From the IMG/VR virus record IMGVR_UViG_3300044715_001755: 20,000 bases of DNA; one strand, 5' to 3'. The notes under the pieces were generated by a model. The model was not told the origin of the DNA. It saw nothing but the letters and a program-made list of their open reading frames with translations, and ran no database searches. The stretch comes from an uncultured virus (IMG/VR IMGVR_UViG_3300044715_001755) (lineage: Duplodnaviria; Heunggongvirae; Uroviricota; Caudoviricetes). The stretch's first letter is position 1. Each line of letters starts with the position of its first letter. Positions 1-7,930 of the stretch are shown piece by piece. Both the position numbers and the translations under genes were made by a program.

Positions 1-2
1 GA

Positions 3-1019
3 GGAGATGAATGCTTCAAGCAATTGCTAGGATATAATCCAGAGACCCAAAAATACAACCTAAGGGTTTATAAAACAGTTCAGCAATTTATAGATTCATC
101 CAATCAGTTTCTAGAAAACTACGACAAGCTAACCAATGCACAAGAGGATATGGAAGAAGTTCCAATATACTCCGAGGAAATAAAGGAACTTGGCAGTTCG
201 GTTAAGGTTCTTTATAGAGATAAAGATTATCTATCGATTTCAACCAGAACTGGTAAAGCACAAACCAAGCTATTTGGCGACAAATGGTGTATAGGTAGAG
301 CAACTTCTACTTTCTGGAGTTACGGAGGTGGAAAAATACAACTTAACACATTCAATTTCACAAAGCCAGTAACTGATAAGTATAGCTTAATTGGTATGAC
401 GATCTCACCAGACGGGAAGGTAACAGATAGCGCTGATAAGTTTAATAGTGCTCTCCCGGATGCAAAGGGAACTTATTTTTGGACGGTATTTGAAAAACTG
501 GGATATCCAGCTAAATTTATTAACGCAGTAAAGGAAGATTTCCCAAAAGAGGTTAAGTTGAGATTGGCAATGGAGAATTTCCACAAGTTCTCAGACGATT
601 CTGCAAACTCTCTAAATCCTAGAAAGATAGTGACATCACTGGTGTCAATGAACCAAAACATTGCAAAGGGTATAATGAGCCCTGAGGAATGGGAAGAAAT
701 ATCTGCGGATGTATCTAGATTGATCTTTGATGAAATGGGACTAAAGCCATCTGACTTTCTTGAATTCTTTAAAGAAAACGGAATATTCACAGAATCAATG
801 TGGAACGTATTCGATGAGATTATCGGAAACAATTACGCAAAAGATGACATGGAGAAGATCTACACAGCATCCAATGAGGGATATGACGACATAGAGCTTA
901 TCTACCAGATGTTTAAGAAGAAAGGCGTTGGTATAAAGAAAGAAGACGCAGAGGTTTTAAAAGAGGTAATCGATAGAAAGGATGAGTTCCTTAAAGCTAT
1001 AAAGGCTAGAATCAAATAG
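3..1019 (+). CDS. Hypothetical phage protein, 5'-truncated by the window edge
   Basis: Frame is open from position 3 to TAG at 1017-1019 and is followed by a terminator. Contains a 'KWCIG...FWSY' segment but no family I recognise. Confidence 0.8.
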   Translation, partial: GDECFKQLLGYNPETQKYNLRVYKTVQQFIDSSNQFLENYDKLTNAQEDMEEVPIYSEEIKELGSSVKVLYRDKDYLSISTRTGKAQTKLFGDKWCIGRATSTFWSYGGGKIQLNTFNFTKPVTDKYSLIGMTISPDGKVTDSADKFNSALPDAKGTYFWTVFEKLGYPAKFINAVKEDFPKEVKLRLAMENFHKFSDDSANSLNPRKIVTSLVSMNQNIAKGIMSPEEWEEISADVSRLIFDEMGLKPSDFLEFFKENGIFTESMWNVFDEIIGNNYAKDDMEKIYTASNEGYDDIELIYQMFKKKGVGIKKEDAEVLKEVIDRKDEFLKAIKARIK

Positions 1020-1037
1020 GAAACGAACACACAAAAG

Positions 1038-1063
1038 AAAAGGAGCTAAAAGCTCCTTTTTTT
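1038..1063. terminator. Bidirectional intrinsic terminator
   Basis: AAAAGGAGCT-aaa-AGCTCCTTTT hairpin flanked by A and T tracts, between convergent genes. Confidence 0.85.
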
Positions 1064-1080
1064 ATTTAATAGTGTTAGGT

Positions 1081-1665
1081 TTAAAAAGATTGGATTTCGC
1101 CAATAAGTCTTTTTATAGTGTCCTCCATTTCTGCTTTATCCTCGGAAGCTTCCACTATATTATCAAATAGGATAGCTAGGTTAGAGATTAGCTTAGCAAA
1201 AGAGTCAGTGAATTTCATATTAGAGTCTCTTTTGTTAAGAGAATATAGATCTACAACGATCTCTTCTATAAATTCTATAGCGGTATTGAGATTGCCTCTG
1301 TACTTCCATTCTCCGTCCTCGTCACTAATTGATCCTTCCATAAAGTCCTCAACATCGGAGTTTATCTTATCAATTTCCGATTTTGTATTGGAAGCTGAGC
1401 TAGAAGCAGAGACTAATTTTTGAGCGTCTTCCAGCTTCATTTTTTCTGCGCTTTCCTTAGGTATTCTGAATGATCTATCAGATGATGAACCTATAGGCTG
1501 GATCACCCAGAAATTACCATCTAGATCTATTACCTGACCCGGTCCTCTATATGAATTAACATAGGATCCAATATCGATCACATCGTCATCGCCATGTATT
1601 TCTCTATATGGATCCTCCAGGAATTTATCCAGATCAAAGTCCTCGTATATCTTTATATGTCTCAT
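1081..1665 (-). CDS. Hypothetical acidic protein with CTS-like N-terminus; possible SH3-like N-terminal domain
   Basis: Best start is ATG at 1665 (MRHIKIYEDF), immediately after the upstream stop at 1667. The segment IDIGSYVNSYRGPGQVIDLDGNFWVI looks like a small beta-barrel. Confidence 0.8.
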   Translation of the reverse strand: MRHIKIYEDFDLDKFLEDPYREIHGDDDVIDIGSYVNSYRGPGQVIDLDGNFWVIQPIGSSSDRSFRIPKESAEKMKLEDAQKLVSASSSASNTKSEIDKINSDVEDFMEGSISDEDGEWKYRGNLNTAIEFIEEIVVDLYSLNKRDSNMKFTDSFAKLISNLAILFDNIVEASEDKAEMEDTIKRLIGEIQSF

Positions 1666-1666
1666 A

Positions 1667-1867
1667 TTAGCAGAATATTCTCTTAGCTTCTGTGTAGTCA
1701 TCCTTAGAAAGATCCCAGTCTTTCATTTTAGGTTTTAAGTATTCCTTTGCCTCTGCGAAAGTTCCCTTAGCGTTCTTCTTAAAGAACTTTTCAAGGTGAG
1801 AGTAGATAGCGGGATGAATTCCTTTCTTCTCCGCAATGTAAGTTTCAAAAATTTTAATGTTTTTCAT
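1667..1867 (-). CDS. Small basic protein with CTS-like N-terminus (internal head protein-like)
   Basis: 66 aa beginning MKNIKIFETYIAE (compare T4 CTS MKTYQEFIAE); GGATATATAA motif just upstream. Confidence 0.8.
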   Translation of the reverse strand: MKNIKIFETYIAEKKGIHPAIYSHLEKFFKKNAKGTFAEAKEYLKPKMKDWDLSKDDYTEAKRIFC

Positions 1868-1873
1868 AGTGAA

Positions 1874-1883
1874 TTATATATCC
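1874..1883 (-). promoter_or_regulatory. GATATATA putative late promoter
   Basis: GGATATATAA on the minus strand, 6 nt before the ATG at 1867; motif recurs upstream of several genes. Confidence 0.6.
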
Positions 1884-1896
1884 AGAAAACAAAAAA

Positions 1897-1924
1897 GAAC
1901 TTTAACAAGGAAGATGTCTATAAT
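1897..1924 (+). promoter_or_regulatory. Putative class B (ECF-like) promoter, AACT-N13-TGTCTATAAT
   Basis: Same 10-mer and same spacing from AACT as the site at 7255-7281. Confidence 0.5.
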
Positions 1925-1948
1925 AACAAAAAATAATCTAAAGAAAGT

Positions 1949-2995
1949 ATGAAAATAAAATTAGAGTACATTTGGTTGGATGGTACAAAACCAGAATCCC
2001 GATTAAGATCTAAAACAAAAATCTATTCTCCTTCTATAGGCCTAGACGGAATGCATTTAAGACTACCAGAGCTAAGTGACCTTCCACAGTGGACATTCGA
2101 TGGAAGCTCGACCGGACAAGCTAGCGGAAATTTTTCAGATCTTATACTAAATCCGGTTAAGATGTGTCCAGATCCATTAAGAGACCTAGGATATCTAGTT
2201 CTTTGCGAGGTTTTAAATCCAGACGGTACACCACACAAGACAAACCATAGAGGTAGCATCATTAAGACCGATATGTGGGTGGGATTTGAGCAAGAGTATT
2301 TTATAAGGGAACTAGAGGGTAATATTCTTGGGTGGAAAAAAGATAGCTTTGAAATGAGACCACAGGGTGATTATTATTGCGGAGTTGGGGCAGGAAACGT
2401 TGCAGGCAGAACCATTGTGGAAGATCATCTTGACTACTGCCTCTCCTGCGGTTTGGAGATTACCGGGACTAATGCTGAAGTTGCTTTAGGTCAGTGGGAG
2501 TATCAGCTTTTTGCTAAGGATGCACTAGAAGCTGCGGATAATCTATGGATATCAAGATACATTTTAGAAAGAGTAGCTGAAAGATATAACTATAAAATTG
2601 AATGGGCAGCTAAACCGGTAAAAGGTGACTGGAACGGGTCTGGTCTACACACTAACTTCTCAACAGAAGAAATGAGAGAAGAAGGGGGAGAGGATCTTTT
2701 TAATTCAATCTTTGAAACTCTTCAGACATATCACGACATATCGATCTCTTCATATGGCTCAGGAAATGAAATGAGATTAACAGGAAAGCACGAGACACAA
2801 AGCATAGATAAATTTAGCTGGGGCGTTTCAGATAGAGGTGCATCGATTAGGATCCCACTAGCTACAAAAGAGGAAGGATTTAAAGGATATCTAGAGGACA
2901 GAAGGCCAGCTTCAAATGCTAACCCGTATCTCCTTCTGGGAACTTTAACAACATTGGTTCTCACAGCTACTGAGAAAAAAATGATTGAGAACTAA
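1949..2995 (+). CDS. glnII: Glutamine synthetase type II (GSII)
   Basis: 348 aa with motifs KLEYIWLDG, LRSKTK, WTFDGSST, QGDYYCGVGA, NAEVALGQWEYQ, GDWNGSGLHTNFS, RLTGKHET, DRGASIRIP and GYLEDRRPASN. Confidence 0.96.
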   Translation: MKIKLEYIWLDGTKPESRLRSKTKIYSPSIGLDGMHLRLPELSDLPQWTFDGSSTGQASGNFSDLILNPVKMCPDPLRDLGYLVLCEVLNPDGTPHKTNHRGSIIKTDMWVGFEQEYFIRELEGNILGWKKDSFEMRPQGDYYCGVGAGNVAGRTIVEDHLDYCLSCGLEITGTNAEVALGQWEYQLFAKDALEAADNLWISRYILERVAERYNYKIEWAAKPVKGDWNGSGLHTNFSTEEMREEGGEDLFNSIFETLQTYHDISISSYGSGNEMRLTGKHETQSIDKFSWGVSDRGASIRIPLATKEEGFKGYLEDRRPASNANPYLLLGTLTTLVLTATEKKMIEN

Positions 2996-3354
2996 TGGCA
3001 GTTAGAAAGAAAAAAGAAGCACCCCGCTTAATAGAATCTTCTATATCGGATCTCGAGGTAGCTAGAAAAATGATAAAGATCCACCAGAGTGCAGTAGACA
3101 GAAAATTAGACTATAACTTATCTTTCGATACTGTTAGAAAGCTAATGTCATATAAAACTTGCTACTACACGGGTAAAGAATTCGAGCAAGATGGCATGTA
3201 CTCAATGAGCTTTGACAGAGTGGATTCAGCCAAAGGGTACGTTGAGGGCAATGTCGTTTCATGCACAATCGATATAAACGGCAAGAAATCAAACTTAAGT
3301 GTGGACGAGATTAAATCTCTATATGATAAACTAATAGCTAGAATTGAAAAATAA
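2995..3354 (+). CDS. HNH-fold protein resembling the T4 Srd N-terminal domain
   Basis: SAVDRKLDYNLSF...CYYTGKEF...SFDRVDSAKGYVEGNVVSC...INGKK; start overlaps the glnII stop (TAATG). Confidence 0.6.
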   Translation: MAVRKKKEAPRLIESSISDLEVARKMIKIHQSAVDRKLDYNLSFDTVRKLMSYKTCYYTGKEFEQDGMYSMSFDRVDSAKGYVEGNVVSCTIDINGKKSNLSVDEIKSLYDKLIARIEK

Positions 3355-3371
3355 ACTAAAAAAACAATAAA

Positions 3372-3806
3372 ATGACAAAAGGAATTATTAAAACAGACAA
3401 AGGAGATTTCCCATTTGATCTTTACGATACAGATGCTCCAGGAACAGTTAAAAATTTTGTGGATCTTTCTAAGAAGGGTTTTTACAATGGACTTTCTTTC
3501 CATAGAGTGATCCCAGGATTCGTGGCTCAGGGTGGATGTCCCGATAATAATGGAGCGGGTGGACCAGGATACACCATACCATGCGAAACAGGTGGTGGTA
3601 ACCAATATCATGACACCGGAGTTTTATCAATGGCTCATGCTGGTAGAAACACAGGAGGGTCACAGTTCTTCATCTGTCACAATAGACAGAACACACAGCA
3701 TTTGGATAGAAACCACACTTGCTTTGGAAGAATCACAGAAAACCTAGGTGCAATACAGAATATAACACCAGGCACTATCATCAACCAGATAGAGATCGTT
3801 GAATAA
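3372..3806 (+). CDS. ppiA: Cyclophilin-type peptidyl-prolyl cis-trans isomerase
   Basis: [67 protein letters not shown]. Confidence 0.95.
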   Translation: MTKGIIKTDKGDFPFDLYDTDAPGTVKNFVDLSKKGFYNGLSFHRVIPGFVAQGGCPDNNGAGGPGYTIPCETGGGNQYHDTGVLSMAHAGRNTGGSQFFICHNRQNTQHLDRNHTCFGRITENLGAIQNITPGTIINQIEIVE

Positions 3807-3808
3807 AC

Positions 3809-3821
3809 GGATATATAAATA
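3809..3821 (+). promoter_or_regulatory. GATATATA putative late promoter (also contains TATAAATA)
   Basis: GGATATATAAATA ends 11 nt before the ATG at 3833. Confidence 0.6.
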
Positions 3822-3832
3822 AAAACTTTAAA

Positions 3833-4144
3833 ATGATACAGGGAAATATTTGCTACAGATTAGTAGCTAGCACAAACTATAGACCAGGCGCTACTGGTGC
3901 TACTGCAGGTCCTCAAAACGGAGACTTACCAATATGTGGAGTTTATGTTGCTCCTGGAGCTGCAACTCTAGATTTTTTTGACGCTAACGGTAATAGAAAT
4001 CAGATAAGTATAGGATCAGGTAACACTGGCGTATTTCTTCCGATATCAGTTTATCAAACAGGATCATCTTTATCAGGTACGATATTTGGATTCTCACCGG
4101 GAAATCCATACGGAAATGCCACTTCAACAGGTTACGTAGGATAA
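3833..4144 (+). CDS. Small Gly-rich beta protein, possibly head spike-base/decoration protein (RcGTA Rcc01079-like)
   Basis: CGVYVAPGAATLDFFDANG...GVFLPISV resembles, from memory, the 'LYVGxxGxL...GxxLPxxV' pattern of that family. Confidence 0.5.
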   Translation: MIQGNICYRLVASTNYRPGATGATAGPQNGDLPICGVYVAPGAATLDFFDANGNRNQISIGSGNTGVFLPISVYQTGSSLSGTIFGFSPGNPYGNATSTGYVG

Positions 4145-4161
4145 TGATATAGGGATAAAAT

Positions 4162-4191
4162 AAAAGCCTCTTAGAAATAAGAGGCTTTTTT
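4162..4191. terminator. Bidirectional intrinsic terminator
   Basis: AAAAGCCTCTTA-gaaa-TAAGAGGCTTTT hairpin with GNRA loop between convergent genes. Confidence 0.88.
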
Positions 4192-4264
4192 ATTTAAGTA
4201 GGTCTTTGGTTATAAATGGTGAGAGATCTTCAACGTTTAGAATAATGAAGGTATTAAGTTTCAT

Positions 4265-4873
4265 TTATTTCTTTTTCCTTCTTTCAGCTCTTGCTTTCTT
4301 AGCTTGCTTATAAAGAGCACCATCTGAAACCTTAGTAGTTCTGCCACCAACTGAGAAAGAATTCACTCTTGCCATTCCCCATTGTTGAGGATTCGTTCCA
4401 GGAACGTGACCGTTTTTCCAGGCAGCAACTCCCCTTTGATAAACCTTTCTCAGTATACCTAAAGGAAATCCCGTCTTCTTAGCTTTGTTTCTTAAAGCAG
4501 TATCCGCCTTTCCGCCCTCGTTAATGTCTTCTATTATAGACTCGAATTCTTCCTCTTCTAACTCTATTGAAAGATCCTCAAAAACTTCGAAAGCAGCTTC
4601 CTCCATAATCTTAGTGAATCCCTCTAGCTGTAAAATATTAGATTCTTCGTCCATGGAGGTATCCTCGCTTTCCCCGTATAATTCTTTGAACTTCTTGGTG
4701 TACTTGCTAGATTTAGTTTCAACCTTTTTACCCTTCCCTGCTTTTTTGCTTTTGTAATCCGCATCCCATGGTCCATATGCTGATGAATCGTCATCCGCCT
4801 TTCCGCCGTGTTTTTTAATCTCCCTCTTCATAACATTCGGGTTTGTAGTCAAGTATTTCTTAGGATATTTCAT
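4265..4873 (-). CDS. Basic-acidic-basic protein with a DUF5824-like domain
   Basis: TKSSKYTKKFKELYG and KTGFPLGILRKVYQRGVAAWKNGHVPGTNPQQWGMARVNSF resemble a family I recall from algal/giant viruses and phages. Confidence 0.6.
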   Translation of the reverse strand: MKYPKKYLTTNPNVMKREIKKHGGKADDDSSAYGPWDADYKSKKAGKGKKVETKSSKYTKKFKELYGESEDTSMDEESNILQLEGFTKIMEEAAFEVFEDLSIELEEEEFESIIEDINEGGKADTALRNKAKKTGFPLGILRKVYQRGVAAWKNGHVPGTNPQQWGMARVNSFSVGGRTTKVSDGALYKQAKKARAERRKKK

Positions 4874-4895
4874 ATGCTTTATTATTTATTGGTCC

Positions 4896-4925
4896 TGTCT
4901 TATATATCGGAGGATATATAAGACA
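4896..4925. promoter_or_regulatory. Back-to-back GATATATA promoters forming a perfect 13-bp inverted repeat
   Basis: TGTCTTATATATC-ggag-GATATATAAGACA between divergent genes starting at 4873 (-) and 4927 (+). Confidence 0.7.
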
Positions 4926-4926
4926 T

Positions 4927-5973
4927 ATGACATTTATTCTAGATTTTAAAAAATTTATCCTTAAAGAATCGGAAACTACCGAACTTCCCGAAGTAAGGGA
5001 GTTTAAAGATGCTTTTGAAAACTCGGAGTGGGGTAAAATATTAAGTAGGGGATCTACAATAGATCCAAAGAGAACCGGTAGGATCTACCTGAAAACATCC
5101 TATTTGCCATCTAAGACACAGATAGAAAAAAGGGGTGACAACTGGGTTTACTGGTACAGTAGCGCAGGAAGAGATTATGGGCATAAGTATATGCCAACTG
5201 CGGAGCTATTAATAAGAGAACTTATTTACGACTCCATAAGAAAAGGAAACAGCTCCATTCCAAGAAATGAGTTGGATAATTTTTTAAAAGATCATGATGT
5301 GTCTTTAAAGGTTCTTAGCGATCCTAATGTCACGATTGAATATCCCAGAAACGGTCAAATCTCTGCATACCAAGCTATAAAAGATCACAAAGCGGAGGCA
5401 TTGGGTATAATCCAGGATCTATCAGGGATCAGCTCTCCGTACCTTGATTTCTTAAAAAAGCAAGGATTTACTGTAAATGGTGAAGGTAAGGACTTAGAAA
5501 TTACATTTAGATTAATCAGGCTTGTACCTGGTGAGGACCAACCGGGATTACCCCCGTTTTTCAAAGACGTTAAGGAGGTAATGGAAAAATCAGGAGCGGT
5601 TGAAATATTTAGATCAGATAATTATGTTGGTTTAATTTTTAGACTTAAGGATCGTGATTATTTTAGTATTAAAATAACAGCTTCCGGTGAGGGTACAAGC
5701 GAACAAAAAGGTGCAGGGCTAAATATAATCACATTGGGATATAGCGACGAGAGGGAGCTAGTAAAAGCTCTGGATGATATCTTGAGAAAACAAATATCTA
5801 GCGAGCTTAAGCTATTAATAGGAAGAGATGATAAAATAAGCACAGACAGCCCGCTTGATGTCATCAAAAAAGAAACCAGGAGGTTCTTTAGAGAGGGCTC
5901 TAGTGTAAATATACCGGAGGACGAAAAAAAATATCTGATAGCTAGACTGAGGACTACGAATAGGATTATATAA
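4927..5973 (+). CDS. Hypothetical protein with CTS-like N-terminus and NRII C-terminus
   Basis: 348-aa ORF: MTFILDFKKFILKESE...IPEDEKKYLIARLRTTNRII. Confidence 0.85.
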   Translation: MTFILDFKKFILKESETTELPEVREFKDAFENSEWGKILSRGSTIDPKRTGRIYLKTSYLPSKTQIEKRGDNWVYWYSSAGRDYGHKYMPTAELLIRELIYDSIRKGNSSIPRNELDNFLKDHDVSLKVLSDPNVTIEYPRNGQISAYQAIKDHKAEALGIIQDLSGISSPYLDFLKKQGFTVNGEGKDLEITFRLIRLVPGEDQPGLPPFFKDVKEVMEKSGAVEIFRSDNYVGLIFRLKDRDYFSIKITASGEGTSEQKGAGLNIITLGYSDERELVKALDDILRKQISSELKLLIGRDDKISTDSPLDVIKKETRRFFREGSSVNIPEDEKKYLIARLRTTNRII

Positions 5974-5987
5974 AAAAATAATACAAT

Positions 5988-6104
5988 ATGGCAAAGGCAA
6001 GAAAAGAAGGTACCAAAAGAAGAAACAGAAAAAATTGGGCTAAGAACAACAAAAGAATTTCTAAAAATATAGAAGTTTTAAAGTCACTATCCAAAGAAAA
6101 ATAA
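5988..6104 (+). CDS. Small basic protein (38 aa), absent from the ORF track
   Basis: MAKARKEGTKRRNRKNWAKNNKRISKNIEVLKSLSKEK*; A-rich leader; fills the gap between two same-strand genes. Confidence 0.65.
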   Translation: MAKARKEGTKRRNRKNWAKNNKRISKNIEVLKSLSKEK

Positions 6105-6110
6105 ATCAAG

Positions 6111-7208
6111 ATGCGCAATATATTAAGCTTTTCACTTTTTGAAAGCGATGGTAAAACAAATTTAAGCTGGGACTCTGATTATGATTCGCTAGAGTCCAAT
6201 CCTCTATGGACCGAGCTAAAGAATAGAGGTTTTGTTAATGTGTCGAGTCCCATTATGGTTAAAAATAAGAGTCTACTTCTTAAAAATCCAGGATCTCCCT
6301 GGTTTTATCCAGAAGGAGTGGTTCTACAGAGATCAGGGTATATTAGAGACAAAGGAGCAAAATCAGGATTTGTAAGAAACGATCTTATAGTGATAGACGA
6401 TATGCTCACATACCTCATAGAAAGATACGATAAGGATCTCAAAAAAATGGGGGGAATCCTATCTTCCATGGAGGGGTCAAATTTAGGGATGAGCCATGTG
6501 AAATTAATTTCCTCCGGAACTAAAGCAAAGTGGTATTACGACAAATCAACTGGGAGGGTTAATGTGGACGGTAAGATTAATCTTCTTATAAGTAGCAAAG
6601 AGGATAAAGAAACACTATCTGAAATCAGCTTCGGAAGAATTAAAACCCAATTTACTGTAACATTTAGGGACAGAGCTTTTGACGACGGAGAAATTGGATC
6701 ACTGGTTTACGCACCAAGTTACGTGGGGGATGCTTTTTTAATACAAGGGGGTAGACTTAAAGACCTAGAAGGTTTAGGTGAAGTTAAAGGAACAATCTCT
6801 ATAAAGGGTGAAAACTATTATAATAGATTATCCTTAGAGGGCATATCGGAGTGCAAGTGGTTAAATATAGGAGAATTTTTTAACATACCCTATGACACTA
6901 AACACTGTCTTCTAGTTTTAGAAAATGGCTGTTTAGCAAACAACTGGACAGTAAATGGACCGGTTATGGGAAAGGACATCCATGCAACCAGATCAAATGA
7001 TAATATTGCAAGGTCGATAATATTAACCGTTCCAATAATGCAAGAAGCCTCGCTTTTAAAATATTTCAATGAAAATCCATTGTCTATTGATCTATTAGAT
7101 AGCCCAGCAGAAAGAATAAAAGGCATCAAGAATTTTATATTTTCTAAATTGGGATACACCGATGAGGATATTGCTGCTGTCAAAAGACAGAAGAATAGGA
7201 TATTATAA
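6111..7208 (+). CDS. Protein with CTS-like tag and degenerate LRR module
   Basis: MRNILSFSLFES; internal KWYYDKSTGRVNVDG cap as in the LRR family; degenerate repeats (IGSLVYAPSYVGDAF, LKDLEGLGEVKGTI); ends QKNRIL. Confidence 0.75.
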   Translation: MRNILSFSLFESDGKTNLSWDSDYDSLESNPLWTELKNRGFVNVSSPIMVKNKSLLLKNPGSPWFYPEGVVLQRSGYIRDKGAKSGFVRNDLIVIDDMLTYLIERYDKDLKKMGGILSSMEGSNLGMSHVKLISSGTKAKWYYDKSTGRVNVDGKINLLISSKEDKETLSEISFGRIKTQFTVTFRDRAFDDGEIGSLVYAPSYVGDAFLIQGGRLKDLEGLGEVKGTISIKGENYYNRLSLEGISECKWLNIGEFFNIPYDTKHCLLVLENGCLANNWTVNGPVMGKDIHATRSNDNIARSIILTVPIMQEASLLKYFNENPLSIDLLDSPAERIKGIKNFIFSKLGYTDEDIAAVKRQKNRIL

Positions 7209-7251
7209 TCCAGGCGGCATAATAGCAGGTATCATAGCTTCTCTTAATATA

Positions 7252-7281
7252 GGAAACTACCGGTCTTTGCCTGTCTATAAT
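7252..7281 (+). promoter_or_regulatory. Putative class B (ECF-like) promoter of the sigma gene
   Basis: GGAAACT...TGTCTATAAT ends 5 nt before ATG 7287 and matches 1897-1924. Confidence 0.5.
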
Positions 7282-7286
7282 GATTG

Positions 7287-7895
7287 ATGTCAAAGAAAGA
7301 GAAGCCAATTTACACCACACACGAAGAGGATAAGCAGCTAGTCATCCAGGCTATGGGTGGCGATCAAAGATCTTATAATATTCTCGCTAGAAAATATAAG
7401 CTGATTCTATTCACAGCTGCTCAAAGAAGATTACCCGGTAAAGGGGAGGATGATCTAGAAGATATAGTTATGTCTGTTTTGGGCAGGTGTTTCATATCAC
7501 TACACCTTTACGATCCCGCTAAGAGCAAATTTTTCACATGGATGATAGCTTGTCTTCACAATCACGTCAACTCTATACCAAAAGGTAAAAAGAGGATTAG
7601 CGCAGAAAGCTACCAGGGTGTATCTACAGTTAGCATGGAAATTAGAGAGATTGGCCAATCTGAAAGCACAATAGAAGATATCGACCGCACTCAGGTTATC
7701 AAACTAGTGAGATTACTTATTGAAAAGCTACCACCTGATGTTGCCACTGCTATTAAATTAAAGTACTTTAAGGATTACACTCACGAGGAGATAGCAAAAG
7801 AAATTGGATGTAAAGTTGGTGATGTTTGGTACAAAATAAAGAAAGGAAAGAAGATCCTAAAACGTTTAAGCGACATTAATGGATTGTTCGATTAA
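7287..7895 (+). CDS. ECF-type (sigma70 group 4) RNA polymerase sigma factor
   Basis: EDKQLVIQAMGGDQRSYNIL; region 2 DDLEDIV...YDPAKSKFFTWM; region 4 IEKLPPDVATAIKLKYFKDYTHEEIAKEIGCKVGDV. Confidence 0.88.
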   Translation: MSKKEKPIYTTHEEDKQLVIQAMGGDQRSYNILARKYKLILFTAAQRRLPGKGEDDLEDIVMSVLGRCFISLHLYDPAKSKFFTWMIACLHNHVNSIPKGKKRISAESYQGVSTVSMEIREIGQSESTIEDIDRTQVIKLVRLLIEKLPPDVATAIKLKYFKDYTHEEIAKEIGCKVGDVWYKIKKGKKILKRLSDINGLFD

Positions 7896-7899
7896 TTTT

Positions 7900-7908
7900 G
7901 ATATATAG
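7900..7908 (+). promoter_or_regulatory. GATATATA putative late promoter
   Basis: GATATATAG just after the sigma stop codon, upstream of ATG 7931. Confidence 0.55.
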
Positions 7909-7930
7909 TTCTGTAAATAATCCAAAAAAA

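Noticed and set aside
1949..4873. Eukaryotic giant-virus origin, suggested by GSII and the DUF5824-like gene
   Set aside because: Bacterial sigma factor, intrinsic terminators, overlapping operonic genes and a lipobox point to a bacteriophage or other bacterial context.
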